From Pseudomonadota bacterium (GTDB lineage Bacteria > Myxococcota > JACRCW01 > JAFGSX01): DNA of 64,000 nt. The translations under genes and the position numbers were made by a program. Positions within the stretch are counted from its first letter, which is position 1. Every line of letters starts with the position of its first letter. The notes below the pieces were generated by a model. The model did not search any database. It saw nothing but the letters and a program-made list of their open reading frames with translations, and was not told where the DNA came from. Shown piece after piece: positions 58,264 to 64,000 of this stretch. The stretch spans positions 25,322 to 89,321 of the forward strand of contig JBDRCO010000031.1 of the NCBI GenBank assembly GCA_043821645.1, in the 5' to 3' direction.

Positions 58264-58542
58264 AGGGAAGGGACTGGGCCGGCACATCCACGCTGGGTTC
58301 TCGTGGCACAAGGCCGGCGAGCCTGCGCCCGGTAGTCAGCGCGGTGTCCGGCAGCAGCACATCAGCTCGCTGAGCTCGTCGCGCACGGTCCACCCCGGTC
58401 CAGATGCCAGCACAGCGAGCGACGCCGGAGCCCCGGGGTGCGTCCAGGCCATCAATATGCGATTCTCGCCCCGCCTCTGGGCACAAGAGACGGATCAGCC
58501 CAGACGAGTGGAGATCAATACTCGAACACTTGGGGGGGGCGC

Positions 58543-61500
58543 ATGTCGCCGACCAAACGTCTATCCTGGCTCTCTTCACTGCTGGTGCTGTCGGCTCTGC
58601 TGTTTTGCAGCGCGTCCGCGCTCTGTGCGGTGACCAGCTACGAGTACGACCGCACCGGGCGCCTGACCAGGGCTGTCTACGAGAGCGGGACCCAGATCCG
58701 CTACGTTTATGACCCCAACGGCAACCTGCTGCAGCGGATCATCGAGCCGGCGCCAGTGCCGGATGCGGGTCCAATGGATGGCGCGGTTGCACCCGACGGC
58801 ACCATTGCGGACGGCCATGTAGGTGTCGATTCCGCGACCGGTCAGGACGGCGGAGCAGCGATCGATTCGAGCACAGCGACCGACGGTGCGACTCCGTCTG
58901 ACAGCGCGACAGCGAGCGACTCCTCTGTGGCCAGCGACGCCTTCGCACACGTCGACGCGGGCCAATCCGACACCACAGCACCGACGACCGACTCCGGCAA
59001 GAAGAAGGACCCACCCGAGGAGAATGACGGCTGCGGTTGCTTCAGCTCCGCTCGCCCCGGCAGCGGTCTCGGCCGAGGTATTGGTCTGCTGGCGCTGTTC
59101 GGTCTGCTCAGGTTCCGGCGCAGAAAACTCGCGACCGCTCGTCGTCCCGGCGGCAGGGTCACTGCCCGCCTCTTCACCTTCCTCGTCGTAATTGGCGCCG
59201 TCAGCCTATCTCCACAGCTCCTCAAAGCCAGCACGGTCTGTCTCGAAGGGACCTGCGACTACACCTCGATCCACCAGGCCATTCGCAACGCCAACGACGG
59301 CGAGACCGTCACGGTTAGTCCGGGTGTCTACCTCGAGAGCAATGTGGGTGGGAGTATCTCCTGTCCGTCGCGTATCACGCTGAGGTCCAAGCAAAGCGAC
59401 CCGACCGGTACCGTCATCGACGCCGAAGGCAATGGCACCGTGCTCCACATGAACTGCATTGGTGTGCTCGACGGCTTCACCATCCGCAACGGCCGCTCCG
59501 CGGCTGGCTGGAATGGCGGCGGAATTCTCTACACCTCCGGCGTACAGACCATCAAGAACTGCATCATCGAGAACAACGTCGCGGAACGCGGCGGCGGCGG
59601 TCTCTTCACTCAGACCGGTAGCTCGACGCTGATCCTCATCAACACCATCGTCCGCAACAACCAGGCGCTCGATGGCAGCGGTGGTGGCATCTGGTCCTCC
59701 TCCGGCGCTGTTCACCTTCTGGCCGGCACCAGGATTGAGAACAACAGCGCAACCAAGTCGATCGGCACCTGCACCGGTGGAGGGGTCTCCGCCAATACGG
59801 GGCTGCTGGTCGAGGACAGCTACGTTACGGGCAACACCGTCCGCTCTCCTGGGGCATCGGGTGCAGGCATCGCGACCGGGAGTTCACTGTCGAGTGGCAT
59901 CATCCGCAACAGCACCATCAGCAACAACGTCGCCACCCCAACCAGCGCCACGGGAGGCTCACATGGAGCAGGCCTCCACATCGGCGCAGGAAGCTGGCTC
60001 ATTGAAGCCAGCTTTTTCTTTGGCAACCGAGCCGTCGGCGGCGTCTCCCATCGGGGCGGTGCCATCGAAATTTCAACGAGGCGAGCAGACATCAACCCAG
60101 TGCGCTTGCGCGGGGTCAGCATCACCGCCAACGAGGCCATTCAGGGTGGCGGCGTCTACTGCGGTGCCGCCGAACGACTGGTCGAGGCATCCGACCAGGT
60201 CACCAACAACAGCCTGGACGACTACAACAACTGCGGCGTGTGCAACTCGGGTGCAGTGCCAGCAGAAGAGCAAAGCTGCAGCACCGGCCTGCAGGGTGTC
60301 TGCGCCAGCGGCCGCCAGACCTGCATCAATCCCGGGGTCTGGAGCGAGTGCGTGCCGGATGTCACGCCCGGTGAGCGCGACGAGATCTGCGACAACTTCG
60401 ACGACGACGACTGTGACGGCAAGACCGACGCCGAAGACGAGCACTGCCAGCCTGCCACGCGCACCACCAACGCCGACCACCCCTCCTGCGGCAACAGCAA
60501 CGAGCCGGTCAACACCTTTACCGGCGAGCTTTACGACAGCTACGCGCCCGACATCCACCTCGGCGGCCCACTGCCGGTTTACTTCGCCCGCTACTACTCG
60601 TCAGGCATGGCCGCGGCAGGCATCACCGGCAGGCTGGGCGACAACTGGCGCCACAACTACGAGTGGTCGCTGGATATCAGCGGCACCACCGGTCACGTCA
60701 CCGACAACCAGGGGCACACCATCAGCTTCGAGCAGGTGGCCACCGACTGGGTCCTGCAGGGCGTCGGCCACACACCGTTTCAGCTGCTCGCGGCGGGCGG
60801 CGACCATCTGTTTGGCGACCCGCGCTCGGGCCTGGTCTACACCTTTGACAGCCTGGGTCAGTTGACCTCGGTCGAGGACGGCAAGGGCAACGTGCTGACC
60901 CTGACCCACAGCGCCGGCGATCTGATCGAGGTCGCGGACGGACTGGGTCGTGCGCTCACACTTGTCTACGGCGCCAACACCAGGCTGAGCGAGGTGAGCG
61001 ACGGCACTCGCACGGTCAGCTTTGGCTACACCGGCGACGATCTGACCAGCGTCATCGGCCTGATGACCCAGACCACGAACTACGACTACGCCGCGGGCGG
61101 CCTGCTCACCTCGTGGACCCTGCCCGAGGGCAACGCACCCTACAGCCAGACCTTTGATGGCAGTGGTCGGGTCGATTCCCAGAGCGACGCCTATAACAAC
61201 ACCCACACCTTCGCCTTTGACGAGGTCAACAATCTGACCACCATGACCGATCCCATGGGCGACACCCGCGAGCACGTGCACACCAACCTGGGTGAGCTGG
61301 CGAGCCTGACCGGCAAGGACGCGATCAGCTACGACATGGGCTATGACAGCGGTAGCCGCCGCAATGCGATCACCGACAGGCTCGGCGACACCACCCACTA
61401 TGACTATCACCCGGAGAGCGGCAAGCTGGCCTCGGTCACCAACGCCGATGGCACGGAGACGCGCTACAGCTTTCTCCAACGTTCGGTGCGCGGGATTGTC

Positions 61501-64000
61501 TTCTACGACCTCAGTCGGACCATCTACCCGGACGGCACCAGCGACCGCTACGGCTACGACCCGTTTGGCAACCTGGTCTCGCATGTCGATCGTGCAGGCA
61601 ACGAGCGTCGCAAGACCTACAACCCCAACGGTCAGCTGCTCAGCAGCACCAACGCGGCGGGTGGAACCACCACCCTGACCTACAACGCGGATGGCACTGT
61701 GGCCACGTCGACCGACCCGGCCGGCAACACGACCAGCTTTACCTACGACGCGCTGATGCGGCTGAGTCAGATCGAGTATGCCGACACCACCACGCGACAG
61801 CTCACCTACGACGACGCCGATCGAATCGAGAGCGTGGCCGATGGCCGCGGCAATGTCGCGGCGTACATCTACGACAACAACGGCAACCTGGTGGGCATGA
61901 CAGACAGGTCGAGCCAGACCACGGTATTCGTCTACGACCAGCAGGACAGACTCATCAATGTCATGGATCCCATCGGCAACGCCGTGAGCCGCACCTATGA
62001 CCACCTCGAGCGGCTGGCCACCACAACGGATCAAAGAGACAACACCACGATCTACAGCTACGACAAGCGCGATCGACTCGTCTCTGTCACCGACGCCAGC
62101 GGCCAGGTCTGGAGCAGGACCTACGATCTGGAGAGCATCCTCACCTCGACCAGCGATCCGCTCGCCAACACCACGACCTTTGTCTCCGACAACATGGGGC
62201 GCATCACCCGGTCGACCAGTCCGCTGGGTCACAGCAACGAGGTTGCTTACGACGGCATGGGGCGCGTGGCCAGCGCGACCAATGCCCTGGGCGAGGTGAC
62301 CGCGTTCAGCTACGACGATCTGGGGCTCCTGACGAGCATCGATATCGAGGGCGTCTCGGCCTCCTACTCCCACAACGCCCTGGGGAAGCTGACAGCTGTC
62401 GTGGACCCCATCGGCAGCAGCTGGACTCGCAGCCACGACAATATGGGACGACTCAGCTCGCGGACCGACCCGCTGGGCAACAGCAGCGGCTACGCCTACG
62501 ACGTCATGGGCCGCATGGCACAGGTCACGCTGCCAGGTGGCCTGGGCACCATTGACTTCGCCTACGATGACAACGGCAACAACATCGAGCGCGCTTACAC
62601 CGGCGGCCTGACCCTCAGCGCCAGCTACGACGAGAAAGACCGGCTCACCTCGGCCGACGGGATGACGCTGTCGTACGACGATAACGACGCCATCGTCGAG
62701 AGCAACGGCCTCATCATGACGCGCGATGCCAGCAGCCGCATCGAGACGGTCACCTTTGGTGTCGGCAAGGTGCTCACCTATCGCTACAACTCGCGCGGGC
62801 AGCTCAGCGAGGTCGAGGACTGGCTCGGGGGCATCTCGACCTTTGCCTACGACGCGGCCGGCCGGCTCACCACCATGACCCGGCCCAATGGCATCACCGC
62901 GACCTACACCTGGGACAGCGACAGCAGACTGGTCGGCATAGACGAGGGCAGCGTGTCGTCGATCGCCCTGGTCCGCGACGCCGCAGGCCAGATCACCAGC
63001 GCCGACAGGAACATGCCACAGGTTGGAGACGCCGAGTTAGCCACCGCAGTCACCCAGAGCTTTGACGTGGCGTCCCAGGTGGCCACCTCGACCTACGACG
63101 CCCTGGGACGGCTGCTCGACGACGGTGTGCGGACCTACGTGTGGGATCTGGCGTCACGGCTGCTCTCCTACACCGAGGGCGGCAACACGGTCAGCTTCAC
63201 CTACGACGGAGCGGGCATGCGCACCTCTCGCACCGAGGGCGGTGTGACCCGGGACTACGCCTGGAACCACGCGCTGGGCCTGTCGTCGGTGGCCATCGAG
63301 CGGGAGAGCGCCGCGGACCTGCGCTACTACGTGCACACGCCCAGCGGATCCCTGCTCTACAGTGTCGAGGCCGATGGTAGCAGGCGCTTTTTCCACTTCG
63401 ATGAGATGGGTAACACGAGCTATTTGACCGACGACGTCGGTGCCACGATCGCGAGCTACGACTACAGCCCCTATGGAGAGGTGATCGGGAGAAGCGGTGT
63501 GCTCGACAACGACTTCACCTGGCAGGGCCAGCACGGTGTGGCACAGGAGGGCAGCGGCGGGCTCTACTACCTTCGGGCGCGCTACTACCACGCGCCGAGC
63601 GCGCGCTTCATCTCGCGGGACGCTCTCTCCACGACGGGACCGAGAACGGTAAATCGCTATCAGTATGCGGTGGGCAATCCCCTTGGAGGATCAGATCCCA
63701 CAGGACTTTTTGGAGAGACCTTTTTTCGCCCTATGTTTGTCCCCCTTGACTTTGTCTATGATCTTACCCATGGCCGCTACCTTCGCGACGGAGAAGCGTA
63801 TCAGCACAGGAGAAAAAACGCGAATAAGTACTTTCTGATCAACAACAAGTACGCTGATTACAAACCTGGTCATTGGAGAGACAGACCGAGCTCGCCGACA
63901 CCGAAGCGCAGGGGAGAAGAGGTGTTAGGGACAGACCACCCTATCTACTCGGCACTGAAGCACGAGGGGGCGTTCCTCAGGACTGGTTACGACGACGGGA
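58543..64000 (+). CDS. RHS/YD-repeat protein 2, 3'-truncated and absent from the ORF track: signal peptide, two YD repeats, linker, internal MYXO-CTERM-like motif, second signal peptide, beta-helix, Cys/Asp motif, DUF6531-like domain, RHS core, C-terminal domain
   Basis: Both ends translated by hand in frame 1; the ORF track lists no closed frame-1 ORF in between, so it appears open throughout. MSPTKRLSWLSSLLVLSALLFCSASALCA; YEYDRTGRL...YVYDPNGNL; GCGC at 59029-59040; RRRK at 59116-59127; LFTFLVVIGAVSLSPQLLKA; EICDNFDDDDCDG; EPVNTFTGE; NPLGGSDPTGL ending at 63708. Confidence 0.9.
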   Translation, partial: MSPTKRLSWLSSLLVLSALLFCSASALCAVTSYEYDRTGRLTRAVYESGTQIRYVYDPNGNLLQRIIEPAPVPDAGPMDGAVAPDGTIADGHVGVDSATGQDGGAAIDSSTATDGATPSDSATASDSSVASDAFAHVDAGQSDTTAPTTDSGKKKDPPEENDGCGCFSSARPGSGLGRGIGLLALFGLLRFRRRKLATARRPGGRVTARLFTFLVVIGAVSLSPQLLKASTVCLEGTCDYTSIHQAIRNANDGETVTVSPGVYLESNVGGSISCPSRITLRSKQSDPTGTVIDAEGNGTVLHMNCIGVLDGFTIRNGRSAAGWNGGGILYTSGVQTIKNCIIENNVAERGGGGLFTQTGSSTLILINTIVRNNQALDGSGGGIWSSSGAVHLLAGTRIENNSATKSIGTCTGGGVSANTGLLVEDSYVTGNTVRSPGASGAGIATGSSLSSGIIRNSTISNNVATPTSATGGSHGAGLHIGAGSWLIEASFFFGNRAVGGVSHRGGAIEISTRRADINPVRLRGVSITANEAIQGGGVYCGAAERLVEASDQVTNNSLDDYNNCGVCNSGAVPAEEQSCSTGLQGVCASGRQTCINPGVWSECVPDVTPGERDEICDNFDDDDCDGKTDAEDEHCQPATRTTNADHPSCGNSNEPVNTFTGELYDSYAPDIHLGGPLPVYFARYYSSGMAAAGITGRLGDNWRHNYEWSLDISGTTGHVTDNQGHTISFEQVATDWVLQGVGHTPFQLLAAGGDHLFGDPRSGLVYTFDSLGQLTSVEDGKGNVLTLTHSAGDLIEVADGLGRALTLVYGANTRLSEVSDGTRTVSFGYTGDDLTSVIGLMTQTTNYDYAAGGLLTSWTLPEGNAPYSQTFDGSGRVDSQSDAYNNTHTFAFDEVNNLTTMTDPMGDTREHVHTNLGELASLTGKDAISYDMGYDSGSRRNAITDRLGDTTHYDYHPESGKLASVTNADGTETRYSFLQRSVRGIVFYDLSRTIYPDGTSDRYGYDPFGNLVSHVDRAGNERRKTYNPNGQLLSSTNAAGGTTTLTYNADGTVATSTDPAGNTTSFTYDALMRLSQIEYADTTTRQLTYDDADRIESVADGRGNVAAYIYDNNGNLVGMTDRSSQTTVFVYDQQDRLINVMDPIGNAVSRTYDHLERLATTTDQRDNTTIYSYDKRDRLVSVTDASGQVWSRTYDLESILTSTSDPLANTTTFVSDNMGRITRSTSPLGHSNEVAYDGMGRVASATNALGEVTAFSYDDLGLLTSIDIEGVSASYSHNALGKLTAVVDPIGSSWTRSHDNMGRLSSRTDPLGNSSGYAYDVMGRMAQVTLPGGLGTIDFAYDDNGNNIERAYTGGLTLSASYDEKDRLTSADGMTLSYDDNDAIVESNGLIMTRDASSRIETVTFGVGKVLTYRYNSRGQLSEVEDWLGGISTFAYDAAGRLTTMTRPNGITATYTWDSDSRLVGIDEGSVSSIALVRDAAGQITSADRNMPQVGDAELATAVTQSFDVASQVATSTYDALGRLLDDGVRTYVWDLASRLLSYTEGGNTVSFTYDGAGMRTSRTEGGVTRDYAWNHALGLSSVAIERESAADLRYYVHTPSGSLLYSVEADGSRRFFHFDEMGNTSYLTDDVGATIASYDYSPYGEVIGRSGVLDNDFTWQGQHGVAQEGSGGLYYLRARYYHAPSARFISRDALSTTGPRTVNRYQYAVGNPLGGSDPTGLFGETFFRPMFVPLDFVYDLTHGRYLRDGEAYQHRRKNANKYFLINNKYADYKPGHWRDRPSSPTPKRRGEEVLGTDHPIYSALKHEGAFLRTGYDDG

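Noticed and set aside
58304-58319. Sigma54 promoter upstream of RHS 2 (TGGCACAAGGCCGGCG)
   Set aside because: Good -24 element but poor -12 element (GGC rather than TGC); too weak to call.
59029-59229. Accidental fusion of two genes through a lost stop codon
   Set aside because: The same in-frame junction occurs in the diverged paralog at 308-475, and there is no ATG/GTG start between RRRK and the second hydrophobic segment here.

Overview
GC-rich bacterial chromosomal DNA, most likely Myxococcota. Evidence: MYXO-CTERM-like GCGC-TM-Arg motifs, many Cys-rich lipoproteins with Asp/Ala-rich linkers, a Ser/Thr kinase with a DUF4388-like tail, and sigma54 promoters. Recognisable genes include a complete hypA-B-F-C-D-E hydrogenase maturation operon, rnz, a Sua5/YrdC-like protein, PfkA- and PfkB-family kinases, phhA, a GGDEF protein, a PAQR/HlyIII protein, a GerW-DUF2953-GerW trio and several predicted peptidoglycan peptidases. 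Three features stand out. (1) Two paralogous giant RHS/YD ORFs sit at the window ends; the second is missing from the ORF track because it runs off the edge. Both carry a MYXO-CTERM-like sorting signal internally, followed by a second signal peptide, which suggests two-product polyproteins. (2) An unannotated ~95-nt sRNA with a sigma54 promoter, a C9-loop hairpin and a UUCG terminator lies just downstream of an atypical phosphorelay operon (small H-box protein, bEBP, TPR kinase, lone receiver). Poly-G runs that could pair with its loop precede the second RHS gene and the gene upstream of it. (3) A fusion joins an RRM domain through one TM helix to an extracytoplasmic TolB-N/TPR region. I saw no tRNA, rRNA, CRISPR array or transposase. 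All family assignments come from motifs read by eye; no searches were run.
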